Below, piece by piece: positions 1 to 8,476 of a stretch of 29,892 nt of DNA. A program made the translations under genes and the position numbers. The notes below the pieces were generated by a model. That model saw only the letters and a program-made list of their open reading frames with translations. It was not told the origin of the DNA and ran no database searches. This DNA is from Candidatus Eiseniibacteriota bacterium (GTDB lineage Bacteria > Eisenbacteria > RBG-16-71-46): contig JANLWX010000129.1 in assembly GCA_031364845.1 (NCBI GenBank), forward strand, positions 1 to 29,892, written 5' to 3'. Every line of letters begins with the position of its first letter. Position 1 is the first letter of the stretch.

Positions 1-192
1 GAGCTCCGATGCCGTCGACGAGTGGTGGTAGCTCGCCCCGAGCTGCACCTGCCAGCGGCTCATGTAGTCGTGAACGCGATCGATCACGCCCTTGAGCGGA
101 ACGGTGCCGCCCGCATTGTCGAACAACGCCCAGTCATCGGACAGGGCGGGGAACTGGCGGCGGGCGAAGGTGACGTCGAGCATGGACCGCAT
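1..192 (-). CDS. Cysteine desulfurase-like protein (aminotransferase class V), N-terminal part; runs off the left edge
   Basis: Manual translation of the minus strand: MRSMLDVTFARRQFPALSDDWALFDNAGGTVPLKGVIDRVHDYMSRWQVQLGASY. The RxxFPAL...FDNAGG N-terminus is typical of this subfamily. Not in the ORF track. Start could be 183, 192 or 201. Confidence 0.8.
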   Translation of the reverse strand, partial: MRSMLDVTFARRQFPALSDDWALFDNAGGTVPLKGVIDRVHDYMSRWQVQLGASYHHSSTASEL

Positions 193-335
193 CGTACTCA
201 CGCTCGATGTCGAAGCGAAAGCGCGCCAGGATGCTGCGCCAAGTTCCGCATCGTATCCGCCGGATCCGCCACACATGCAGACGGCCGGGCGTCGAATGGA
301 CGCCCGGCCGCTGCGGACCGCGTGACCCGGACGGA

Positions 336-1253
336 TCAGCGCGACACGGTGATCTTCTGAACGCGGGCGGAAGGCTCGCCCGGTGTGCGCAGCTTCGCGA
401 AGTAGACGCCGCCGCGGACCTCGTGGCCCGCCTCGTCGCGGCCGTCCCAAATTGCCGAGCCCGGACCTGCTTCACGCGCGCCGCGCACCAGCGTGCGCAG
501 GCGGCGGCCCGAGAGATCGAACACCGCGAGATCGATGTCGCCGGAGCGGCCGAGCGTGTAGCGCAGTGTGGTGCGATCGCGCGCGGGATTGGGCGAGGGC
601 GGAGCGAGCTGCGTGCCGCCGTGCGCAAACTGGCCGACGCCGACGTTCACGAAGATCATGCTGTCTTTCGTGGTGTGGATGAAGTCGTCACTGGTCGTGC
701 TCGCGCCGTTGGCCGCATTGCCGGCCGCGAAGAAGTAGACCTTGGCCGCGGCATAGCCGGGCGAACGCCACGTGAAGTTCCACTCGACCGGGCCCGCCTC
801 ACCGGTGCGCAGTCCCGAGGAGTTGTGGCCGATCCAACTGCGGGTCGCGTCGAAGGATCCGAGATTCTGCGTCGCGAGCGCGGTGCCCGGTCCCGGCGTG
901 AACGTGCCGTAGCCCGAACCCGAATCGGCGCGCACGGCGGTCAGCTGGAAACCCCACTGGAGCGGATCGGGCGGCAGCGGGCTCCACGCCTGCGCGAGCC
1001 GCACGCGGATCGGATAGTCGGTGCTGATGTCGAACTGATCGGGCAAGTCGAGGATCTCGAGCAGGCCGTTCGGGTCGTTGAGCGGGTTGCTCGGATCGTG
1101 ACAGAACTGGCAGTTGGGCTCAGCGGCGCGGGTGCCGACTGCGGGTGCGCCGGTCTTGCCCTTGGGGGCGCCGGCCATTCTCGCAATCGCAACCGAAGCA
1201 CCACAGATCAGCACGGCCACGAAAGTGATTCGCAGCAGATGACGACGACGCAT
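336..1253 (-). CDS. Exported Reeler/choice-of-anchor-V-like protein with CxxCH motif and C-terminal FlgD-Ig/T9SS-CTD-like domain
   Basis: ATG at 1253 follows a GAGGA SD. Signal peptide MRRRHLLRITFVAVLICGASVAIA; GKTGAP...NCQFCH; WGFQLTA; WNFTWRSP...FFAAGNAANG (Reeler-like). C-terminal PNP...AVFDLSGRRLRTLV...WDGRDEAG...GVYF. Confidence 0.8.
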   Translation of the reverse strand: MRRRHLLRITFVAVLICGASVAIARMAGAPKGKTGAPAVGTRAAEPNCQFCHDPSNPLNDPNGLLEILDLPDQFDISTDYPIRVRLAQAWSPLPPDPLQWGFQLTAVRADSGSGYGTFTPGPGTALATQNLGSFDATRSWIGHNSSGLRTGEAGPVEWNFTWRSPGYAAAKVYFFAAGNAANGASTTSDDFIHTTKDSMIFVNVGVGQFAHGGTQLAPPSPNPARDRTTLRYTLGRSGDIDLAVFDLSGRRLRTLVRGAREAGPGSAIWDGRDEAGHEVRGGVYFAKLRTPGEPSARVQKITVSR

Positions 1254-1518
1254 GGATTCCGATTCCTCAGAGGGGGAGCGGTGGAAGTCGTGCGGAGAGG
1301 TTCGCTTAACGATAACCCGAAGGCTGTACTGCCCGCCTGTCATTTCTTCGATTGCTGCCCATGCATGTTGCACGCATCCGGGCTCAAACCGGAGCCGTCC
1401 GATTCCAGGTGGCGGCTTCGCGGGGCGCTCACGGCGGTTGCGGCCGGTGACCCGCCATCGCGACGCCCGGCGCGGGTGGCCGGGAACGCCGCGTTCGTCC
1501 GGTCCAATGATTTTCCCG

Positions 1519-1573
1519 TTGACGGATCCACCCGGCGTGCTAGTAAATTAGCACTGTGCTAGTCAGGTAGCAC
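1519..1573 (+). promoter_or_regulatory. Putative promoter (-35 TTGACG) overlapped by two tandem palindromic operators GTGCTA-N6-TAGCAC
   Basis: TTGACG at 1519-1524. GTGCTAGTAAATTAGCAC at 1537-1554 and GTGCTAGTCAGGTAGCAC at 1556-1573, upstream of a BlaI-family repressor gene. Confidence 0.75.
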
Positions 1574-1702
1574 CGATGGGCGCACGCGTCGCAGTTTCCC
1601 GGCCACTGAGCGAGTGCAATCCCGTGACGCCGAATCGCTCGCGGCGCGCGTGCCGATCGATGATCGCCGAATCGCAGGGCAACGTACGAGGAGGATCGAA
1701 CG

Positions 1703-2092
1703 ATGGCTCACCCGCCGCTGGGACAGCTGGGTCGGCGCGAACGACAGATCATGGAGTCCGTCTACCAGATGGGCCGCGCCACCGTCGCGGAAGTCCGCGC
1801 CCGCATCACCGATCCCCCGAGTTACTCCGCCGTGCGCGCGATGCTCGGCATCCTGGAAGAGAAGGGACTGCTCACCCACGAGCAGGACGGCCCGCGCTAC
1901 GTTTACGTGCCCACGGTTTCCCACGACAAGGCGCGGCGCTCGGCGCTGCGCGATGTCGTGCGCAATCTGTTCGACGGTTCGACCGCGCAGGCGGTGGCCG
2001 CTCTCATCGATTCACCCGACGCGCGGCTCGACGAAGCCGATATCGAACGACTCTCGGCGCTGATCCACAAAGCGCGCCGTCAGGGGAGGTGA
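1703..2092 (+). CDS. BlaI/MecI/CopY family transcriptional repressor
   Basis: 129 aa; LGRRERQIM...ATVAEV...YSAVRAMLGILEEKG...RYVY...NLFDGS pattern; GAGGA SD; directly upstream of an M56 peptidase. Confidence 0.93.
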   Translation: MAHPPLGQLGRRERQIMESVYQMGRATVAEVRARITDPPSYSAVRAMLGILEEKGLLTHEQDGPRYVYVPTVSHDKARRSALRDVVRNLFDGSTAQAVAALIDSPDARLDEADIERLSALIHKARRQGR

Positions 2093-2095
2093 CGC

Positions 2096-4942
2096 ATGAC
2101 GATCCTGACGCTGTCCGGGCTCGAAGGTTCACTGTCCACGTTCGCGCCGCTGCTGGGATGGGTCGCGCGTGCGACGTTGCTGTTCGCGATCGCGGGGCTC
2201 GCTTCGGTGCTGCTGGCCCGCCGTTCGGCGGCCCTGCGGCATCTGGTGTGGACGGCGGCATTCGGTGGCGTGCTGGTGCTGCCCGCACTCGGAGCGGTGC
2301 TTCCGGCGTGGCGCACGCCGGCGGTCGCATTGCCGCGGGTATGGACGGATCTGGCGATGCAATCGAATGTGACTCCCGCGCCGGAGCCGGTCGCAGCGCC
2401 CTCCGCGGAGCCGGTCATCGATCCGGCCACGAACGCAACGCTCAGCGCCGAGAAGGCGGCAGAGTGTCCGGACACGCAATCCCAGAGCACCGCGACGACC
2501 GACGACGTCGCCGCTTCGGGAACCGGTGCGGAGCCTCCGCGCGGTGGATTCCCGTGGGCGGTACTGCCGATGGCGGCCTTCGGTATCTGGATTCTCGGCT
2601 CCCTGCTCACGCTGACCTGGTTCATCTCCGGTCACGTCACGGTGCGCAGGATCGGCCGCGCGACCGTGCCGGCTGCGGGCGCGAGTTGGCAGCTGATCGT
2701 GACGCGGGCTGCTCGCGACATCGGATTCACCGGCGACTGCGATCTGCGCGTCAGCGACCTCGCGCTGATGCCGATGACGTGGGGACTGCTGCGGCCGCGC
2801 GTGATGCTGCCGGTGGCGGCGGAGTCGTGGCCGATCGAGTGCCGGCGGCTGGTCCTGATGCATGAACTCGCGCACGTCCAGCGCCGCGACTGCCTCACGC
2901 AGGCGCTCGCGCAGTTCGCGTGCGCGCTGCTGTGGTTCCATCCGCTGGCGTGGTACGGCGCGCGCCGCATGCGGATCGAGCGCGAACGCGCCTGCGACGA
3001 TCGGGTGCTCGCGGCAGACACGCTCGCCTCGACCTACGCCGGCCATCTGCTCGATGTCGTGCGCGCGTTGCGCGTGCCGCCGCGGACTTCGGCGGGTGCG
3101 GTTTCGTTCGCGCACCCCTCGCAGATCGAAGGCCGGCTGCTCGCCGTGCTGCGTCCCGGAATCGATCGCCGCGGCATCGACCGCAAAGTCACGGCCCGGG
3201 TGCTGGCGCTGGCGGTGCTGCTCGCGCTTCCACTCGCCGCGCTCCAGCCCGCGACGGCCGGATCGATCGCCCATCAGCGCGCGCGCGCTGCCGAGAAGAT
3301 TGCGGTCGTGCGCGCACCCGATGAACTCAAGACGCTCGAGGACCGTGTCGGCTGGGCGCGCAACGAGGCCGGCAATTCTGGAGCCCGCAGCTACTGGATC
3401 GGATATTCGATCGAGGCCGCGGAACGGTTCGGCGACGGCGTGCTCGGAGACACGCATGACATCGACTTCGCCACGCTCGAAGACACGTATCCCGGCGCGC
3501 GCATCGCCGATGTGCTCGCGTTCGACGGCACCGCCCCCGATGTGCTTCCGGGGCCGGTCGCGATCCTGATGCACATGAAGGGAAAGCAGATCGATCGCGT
3601 GCGATTCCAGAGCTATGCGCTCGCGGCGGACCTCGGCGCGGACCCGCTCTACTGGATGAGCCACGCCCGGGATCAGGAAAGCATCGCATTGCTGCGGCGG
3701 CTGCGTTCGGAATCCCACGATCCCGACGTCGCGTCCCGGTTGCTGGAATCGACCGGGCTGCACGCCAACTCGAAGCTGGTGCTGCCCGAACTGCGACAGG
3801 CGCTCGAGAATGGCTCGGACGTGATGCGCGCGCTGGCGGCCGAAGCACTCGGCAATCATCCGCAAAGCGAGAGCGTCGAAATGCTCGTGCACACCGCCCG
3901 CAACGATCGCTCGTCCGACGTTCGCCAGAAGGCGACCGAAGCGCTCGGCGTCATTGATTCCCCTGCGGCGCTCGATGCGCTGGTCGGCCTCGCGCGCTCG
4001 GCGGACGAGGCCGTCCGAACGGCAGCGGTCGAAGCGGTGGCGCAGGCGCTGACCAAGGACGTGACGCCCGCGCCCGAGCCGGCCGAAGTTCCGGTCGCTC
4101 CCGAAACTCCGGAGGCCATCGCTCATCCGGCGCCTGCAGCTGAAGGCCAGCCGGCACCGATGACGGCACCCACGCCTTCATGGAGCCCGACGCCCGCCGC
4201 GCCCGGAACTCCGATGATCATCCCCGGACGCGAGTTGAGCGAAGGGAATGCTCCGGCTCCGCCCGCTACCGTCACGCCTGCGGTTCCCGCCGCGCCCGCG
4301 AAACGCCGGGGCATGGTCGTGGCGCACGACAGTGCCTCCGAAGACGAAATCGAAGCTCAGCGCCAGGCGGTCGAGGAACTCGGCAAGCTGCCCGAGGAGG
4401 AAAGCCTGCCGCAACTGCTCAGCATCATCGACGAACATCCAAGCCGCACGGTTCGCTTGCAGGCGGTCCAGTCGATCGCGACGGTGGGCGGCTCGGCGGC
4501 GATGTCGCTGGTCCGCAAGTTCGCCTGGCAGCACCCGGACGAGGCGGTGCGCCTCGAGGCGGTGCAGGTCCTGGGACACGTCCTGCCTACGACGAAGGCG
4601 TTGTCTCAGCTCGCCGAGATCGCGGAGATGCATCCCGACGACGTCACGCGCGAGCAGGCGGTTGCGAATCTCGGCCAGATCGAAACTCCGGGAGCATTCC
4701 GGGTCCTCAAGTCGATCATCGAATCGGACCCGAGCGACAAGGTGCAGCGCCAGGCGGTCGAGGCGATCGGAAACCGGTCGGACGACGGTGTGCTGGAATA
4801 CCTCGCCGAAACCGCGCGCACCCATCCGAGCCGTCGCGTGCGCAGCGAAGCGGTCGATGCGATCGGACGGCTCGACTCCGAGGAAGCGGCAGCCCTCCTC
4901 GATGAGCTGACGAAGAAGAAGGAGAAGAAAGACAAGTTCTGA
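2096..4942 (+). CDS. BlaR1-like M56 membrane metallopeptidase fused to HEAT-repeat domains
   Basis: RRSAALRHLVW, PMTWGLLRP, HELAHVQRRD (2861-2875 for HELAH), WFHPLAW, ERERACDD motifs; several TM segments; C-terminal ~32-aa repeats (VRxxAVxALG); GGGAGG SD. Confidence 0.9.
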   Translation: MTILTLSGLEGSLSTFAPLLGWVARATLLFAIAGLASVLLARRSAALRHLVWTAAFGGVLVLPALGAVLPAWRTPAVALPRVWTDLAMQSNVTPAPEPVAAPSAEPVIDPATNATLSAEKAAECPDTQSQSTATTDDVAASGTGAEPPRGGFPWAVLPMAAFGIWILGSLLTLTWFISGHVTVRRIGRATVPAAGASWQLIVTRAARDIGFTGDCDLRVSDLALMPMTWGLLRPRVMLPVAAESWPIECRRLVLMHELAHVQRRDCLTQALAQFACALLWFHPLAWYGARRMRIERERACDDRVLAADTLASTYAGHLLDVVRALRVPPRTSAGAVSFAHPSQIEGRLLAVLRPGIDRRGIDRKVTARVLALAVLLALPLAALQPATAGSIAHQRARAAEKIAVVRAPDELKTLEDRVGWARNEAGNSGARSYWIGYSIEAAERFGDGVLGDTHDIDFATLEDTYPGARIADVLAFDGTAPDVLPGPVAILMHMKGKQIDRVRFQSYALAADLGADPLYWMSHARDQESIALLRRLRSESHDPDVASRLLESTGLHANSKLVLPELRQALENGSDVMRALAAEALGNHPQSESVEMLVHTARNDRSSDVRQKATEALGVIDSPAALDALVGLARSADEAVRTAAVEAVAQALTKDVTPAPEPAEVPVAPETPEAIAHPAPAAEGQPAPMTAPTPSWSPTPAAPGTPMIIPGRELSEGNAPAPPATVTPAVPAAPAKRRGMVVAHDSASEDEIEAQRQAVEELGKLPEEESLPQLLSIIDEHPSRTVRLQAVQSIATVGGSAAMSLVRKFAWQHPDEAVRLEAVQVLGHVLPTTKALSQLAEIAEMHPDDVTREQAVANLGQIETPGAFRVLKSIIESDPSDKVQRQAVEAIGNRSDDGVLEYLAETARTHPSRRVRSEAVDAIGRLDSEEAAALLDELTKKKEKKDKF

Positions 4943-4956
4943 GCGGGATAGTTGCG

Positions 4957-4985
4957 TTGGGCGGCCAAGCCTTTGCCGGTATACT
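4957..4985 (+). promoter_or_regulatory. Putative sigma70-type promoter of mqnE
   Basis: TTGGGC-N17-TATACT, 44 nt upstream of the ATG at 5030. Confidence 0.45.
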
Positions 4986-5029
4986 GCCCAAGGTTTCCCG
5001 CCCATTCTGTCCGAGGAAGAATCAGCGCC

Positions 5030-6193
5030 ATGACCCCGCTTTCCAACGTTAAAGCACTCAAGCTGCGCGACGATGCCGTCACGCGCGCCCAGCACAAGCT
5101 GCTGGCCGGTGAGTCGCTGACCCAGGAAGAAGGCGTGCGGCTCTACGACTCGCCCGTGATGGAACTGGGCCGCCTCGCGAACGCGCTCGCGCGCGACCGG
5201 CACGGTGACCGCGTCTACTTCACGGTCAATCGCCAGCTCAATCCGACCAACGTGTGCGTGCTCGCCTGCAAGTTCTGCGACTACGCGAAGAAGCCGGGCG
5301 CCGAAGGCGCCTACACGATGACCAAGGATCAGATCCTGGGGCACGTCGACGACGAGATCTCGGAGATCCATATCGTCGGCGGGCTCCACAACAAGTGGCG
5401 ATTCGACGACTACCTCGACATCATCCGCTGGGTGAAGGAAAAGAAGCCGAGCCTGTCGGTGAAGGCGTACACGGCCGTCGAGATCGACTTCTTCTGCCGC
5501 CTCACCAAGAAGCCGGCGGAGTGGGTGCTCACCGAACTGCGCGCGGCGGGTCTCGACGCCCTGCCCGGCGGTGGCGCCGAGGTGTTCAGCGAACGCGTCC
5601 GGCGCGAGATCTTCCACCAGAAGATCGGCGGACAGCGGTGGCTCGAGATCCACGAAGTGGCGCACCGGCTCGGAATTCCGTCGAATGCGACGCTGCTGTA
5701 CGGCCATATCGAAACGCGCGCCGAGCGCGTGCACCACATGATCCTGCTGCGCGAGCTGGAACAGCGCGCGCCGGGATTCTTCGCCTTCATTCCGCTCGCG
5801 TTCCAGCCGGGCACCACCGGCCTCGTGCGCCGGCAGGCGTCGGCGATCGAGGACCTCAAGACCATCGCCGTCTCGCGGCTCGTGTTCGACAACGTCCCGC
5901 ACGTGAAGAGCTACTGGGTGATGCTGGGTCAGGACACCGCGGGACTCGGACTCAACTTCGGTGCGAGCGACATCGACGGCACGATCGGCGTCGAGAAGAT
6001 CGCGCATGCCGCGCTCGCCAAGAGTCCGGTGGGAATGGCCGAGGAAGCGATGGTCCAGACCATCCGTGAAGCCGGAAAAGTCCCGGTTCAGCGCGATGCG
6101 CTCTACCGCGTCGTGAAGGAATATCCGCGCGCAGAACCCGCCGACACCCGCGCCACCCGACCGGCCGTGGCGCCGGTGGCGGCCGCCCGCTAG
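5030..6193 (+). CDS. mqnE: Aminofutalosine synthase (CofH/MqnE radical SAM family)
   Basis: NRQLNPTNVCVLACKFC (CxxxCxxC), EIHIVGG, VKAYTAVEI, LPGGGAE, SNATLLYGHIET, FIPLAF, HVKSYWVMLG, DIDGT. GAGGA SD before ATG 5030. Confidence 0.88.
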   Translation: MTPLSNVKALKLRDDAVTRAQHKLLAGESLTQEEGVRLYDSPVMELGRLANALARDRHGDRVYFTVNRQLNPTNVCVLACKFCDYAKKPGAEGAYTMTKDQILGHVDDEISEIHIVGGLHNKWRFDDYLDIIRWVKEKKPSLSVKAYTAVEIDFFCRLTKKPAEWVLTELRAAGLDALPGGGAEVFSERVRREIFHQKIGGQRWLEIHEVAHRLGIPSNATLLYGHIETRAERVHHMILLRELEQRAPGFFAFIPLAFQPGTTGLVRRQASAIEDLKTIAVSRLVFDNVPHVKSYWVMLGQDTAGLGLNFGASDIDGTIGVEKIAHAALAKSPVGMAEEAMVQTIREAGKVPVQRDALYRVVKEYPRAEPADTRATRPAVAPVAAAR

Positions 6194-6219
6194 GGCTCTA
6201 TACGCACCACGGAGGCGCC

Positions 6220-6606
6220 ATGCACTATCACAATCCCGGCTTCGTCGCGCTCGTCAACGAGGCGCGTGCGCGCGTGCGCGAGATCACGGTCGACGAGTAC
6301 CGGTCGCGGCTCGATCGTGGGGAAGCGTGCGTGCTGGTCGACATTCGCGAAGACTCCGAATGGGCGGCCGGCCATCTGCCGAACGCCGTGCATCTCGGCA
6401 AGGGCGTGATCGAGCGCGACGTCGAAACGAAGTTCCCCGACAAGGCGTCTCCGCTCGTGCTGCAATGCGGCGGAGGCTTCCGAAGCATTCTCGCCGCCGA
6501 CACGCTTCAGCGCATGGGCTACTCCAACGTCGTTTCGCTCGGCGGCGGCTATCGCGAGTGGGAAACCTGCGGGTTGCCCATTGAGCAGGATCGGAAACGA
6601 CCGTGA
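6220..6606 (+). CDS. Rhodanese-like sulfurtransferase
   Basis: LVDIREDSEWAAGHLPNA, active-site loop CGGGFRS, SLGGG; GGAGG SD. Confidence 0.92.
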   Translation: MHYHNPGFVALVNEARARVREITVDEYRSRLDRGEACVLVDIREDSEWAAGHLPNAVHLGKGVIERDVETKFPDKASPLVLQCGGGFRSILAADTLQRMGYSNVVSLGGGYREWETCGLPIEQDRKRP

Positions 6607-6628
6607 CCGGTCTCGCCCGGATCGCGGC

Positions 6629-8476
6629 ATGACGCTCCGCCGGTGTCGCAGCGCGCATGCGAGCACGGTTCGCACGATGTCCTCGCTGGCGATGGTCGCC
6701 GCGATGCTCGCGGTCGTCGTGACGTCCGCCCGGGCCGCTTCCCGCGCCTCCGCGCTTCCCGGGGGCTACTGGACGCTGTCCCAAACGCAGCCGATCCTCG
6801 ACAAGACGCTCACGGTCCGGCTTGCCCCCGATCTCGCGCCGCTCACGGTCGGTGAGCGCGCGGCGACGGGAAAGCTGATCGAAGCGGGCCGCATCATTCA
6901 CAACCTGTTCGAGGACATGAACCATCGCGACGCCAAGCGTGCGCGCGCGGATCTGGCCACGCTCGAGAAGCGTCAGGGCGGGTCGCCCGAAGTCCGCAAT
7001 CTCATCGACCTCTACCGGCTGAGCCGCGGACCGATCGCCACCGACCTCTCGAACAAGCGTTTCCCGTTCGTTCGCGCGGATTCGACCCGGCCGGGGCGCA
7101 ACTTCTATCCGTGGGGCGTGACGAAGGAGGAGATCGAGCGGTTCCTCGCAGCACACCCCGAACGCCGTGCGACGATCCTCCATCCGCTCACCATCGTGCG
7201 CCGCGCGGATGCCGGCTCCCTGCGCGCGGATCTCGCGACCCTCGCCCGGCATCCGGCGCTCGACGTGCTGCACCCGGGGCTTGCGGCCGATCTTCGCGAG
7301 TTGGCGAGGCATCCGTCGGCGCAGGCGTTCTACGCGGTGCCGCATCCGGTCGCGTACCCGGACTCGTTCCTCGCGGTCCACCGGTTGTTGAACGAAGCCG
7401 CCGCCGCGATCGAGAGCGACGACGCCGAGTTCGCCGATTACCTGCGGCTGCGCGCGCGGGATCTGCTCGCCAATGACTACGAAGGCGGCGATGCCGCGTG
7501 GGTGACCGGCCGCTTCAGACACCTCAACGCGCAGATCGGCGCGTACGAGACTTACGACGACGAATTGTTCGGCGTGAAGGCGTCGCATGGCTTGAGCCTG
7601 ATGCTTGCCGACTCGGCGCGCACCACCGCGGTGCGCGGCGCGATCCGCGGGCTTCAAGACTTGGAGAACAGCCTGCCGTATGCGCCGCACAAGCGCGTGC
7701 GCGAGGACATTCCGGTCGGCGTCTACGACGTGATCGCGGACTTCGGCCAGACCCGCGGCGCCAACACCGCCACCATCCTGCCGAACGACAGCCGTCACGC
7801 GCGCCGCTATGGACGCACGATTCTGCTGCGCCGGAACATCATGAGCGATCCCAACATCGTGAAGTCCGCGCGGAGGTCGTTCGAGGCCGCGCTCGACCGC
7901 CGCCATCACGCGGACTTCGACGCCGACGGCAGCTTCTATCGCACGTTGTGGCACGAGATCGGCCACTATCTGGGCCCCGACCGCGATCGCAAGGGGCGCG
8001 ACCTGGACCAGGCGCTGCTCGAAGAAGCCAGCACGTTCGAGGAGCTGAAGGCCGACCTGGTGGCGCTGTTCGTCGCGCGCGACCTGCGCAAGCGCGGCTA
8101 CTACGACGACCGCGCGTTGCGGGCGCTCTACGCGAGCGGCGTGCTGCGCATGCTCAACAAGTCCCAGCCGCGACCCGACGAATCCTACGGCGTGATGCAG
8201 TTGATGCAGTTGAACTGGTTCCTCGAGCAGGGGGCACTCGTCTACGACAAAGCCACGAAGCAGCTCACGGTCCGCTACGAACGCTACCCCGCGGCGGTCG
8301 CCTCGATGCTCGAAGCGGTGACGGCCATCCAGGCCGGCGGCGACCGCGCGGCGGCGGACCGCTTCATCACGCGCTGGGCCACGTGGGATGCGCGGCACGA
8401 GTCGCTGGGCCGCGCGATGCGCGCGACCGAAACCAGTCGTTATCGTCTCGTGCGGTTCGCGGCGCTGGGCGAGTAG
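6629..8476 (+). CDS. Exported peptidase family M49 (dipeptidyl-peptidase III-like, HExxH pentapeptide type)
   Basis: PGRNFYP, IGAYETYDDELFGVKA, TATILPND, WHEIGHYLGP, FEELKAD motifs; N-terminal hydrophobic signal ending ARA. Start uncertain (6581/6629/6677). Confidence 0.8.
   Translation: MTLRRCRSAHASTVRTMSSLAMVAAMLAVVVTSARAASRASALPGGYWTLSQTQPILDKTLTVRLAPDLAPLTVGERAATGKLIEAGRIIHNLFEDMNHRDAKRARADLATLEKRQGGSPEVRNLIDLYRLSRGPIATDLSNKRFPFVRADSTRPGRNFYPWGVTKEEIERFLAAHPERRATILHPLTIVRRADAGSLRADLATLARHPALDVLHPGLAADLRELARHPSAQAFYAVPHPVAYPDSFLAVHRLLNEAAAAIESDDAEFADYLRLRARDLLANDYEGGDAAWVTGRFRHLNAQIGAYETYDDELFGVKASHGLSLMLADSARTTAVRGAIRGLQDLENSLPYAPHKRVREDIPVGVYDVIADFGQTRGANTATILPNDSRHARRYGRTILLRRNIMSDPNIVKSARRSFEAALDRRHHADFDADGSFYRTLWHEIGHYLGPDRDRKGRDLDQALLEEASTFEELKADLVALFVARDLRKRGYYDDRALRALYASGVLRMLNKSQPRPDESYGVMQLMQLNWFLEQGALVYDKATKQLTVRYERYPAAVASMLEAVTAIQAGGDRAAADRFITRWATWDARHESLGRAMRATETSRYRLVRFAALGE

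Noticed and set aside
1380..1505. Several short GC-rich hairpins between the Reeler-like gene and the BlaI promoter
   Set aside because: Stems are short or imperfect and expected by chance. No recognisable riboswitch consensus.
207..1562. 451-aa + strand ORF, and other long antisense ORFs (2129-4126, 4178-6007, 6284-8617, 19317-20996, 20987-22480, 24348-25775)
   Set aside because: They are shadows of well-supported genes on the opposite strand. They are Arg/Ala/Gly-rich with no family motifs, as expected at this GC content.
1537..1573. Tandem 18-bp repeats as a possible mini-CRISPR or transposon end
   Set aside because: Only two copies, a 1-bp spacer, and no cas or transposase gene. An operator explains them better.
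5030..6193. Alternative call as F420 biosynthesis CofH (also for 19356-20567)
   Set aside because: MqnE- and MqnC-type motifs and the nearby mqnA favour the futalosine pathway. No cofG/cofC/cofD in the window.
7498..8475. N-terminal 326 aa of the 665-aa ORF 7498-9495, suggesting a fusion or overlapping gene
   Set aside because: This is an off-frame reading of the M49 gene. Hydrolase-like sequence only begins around 8476-8521.
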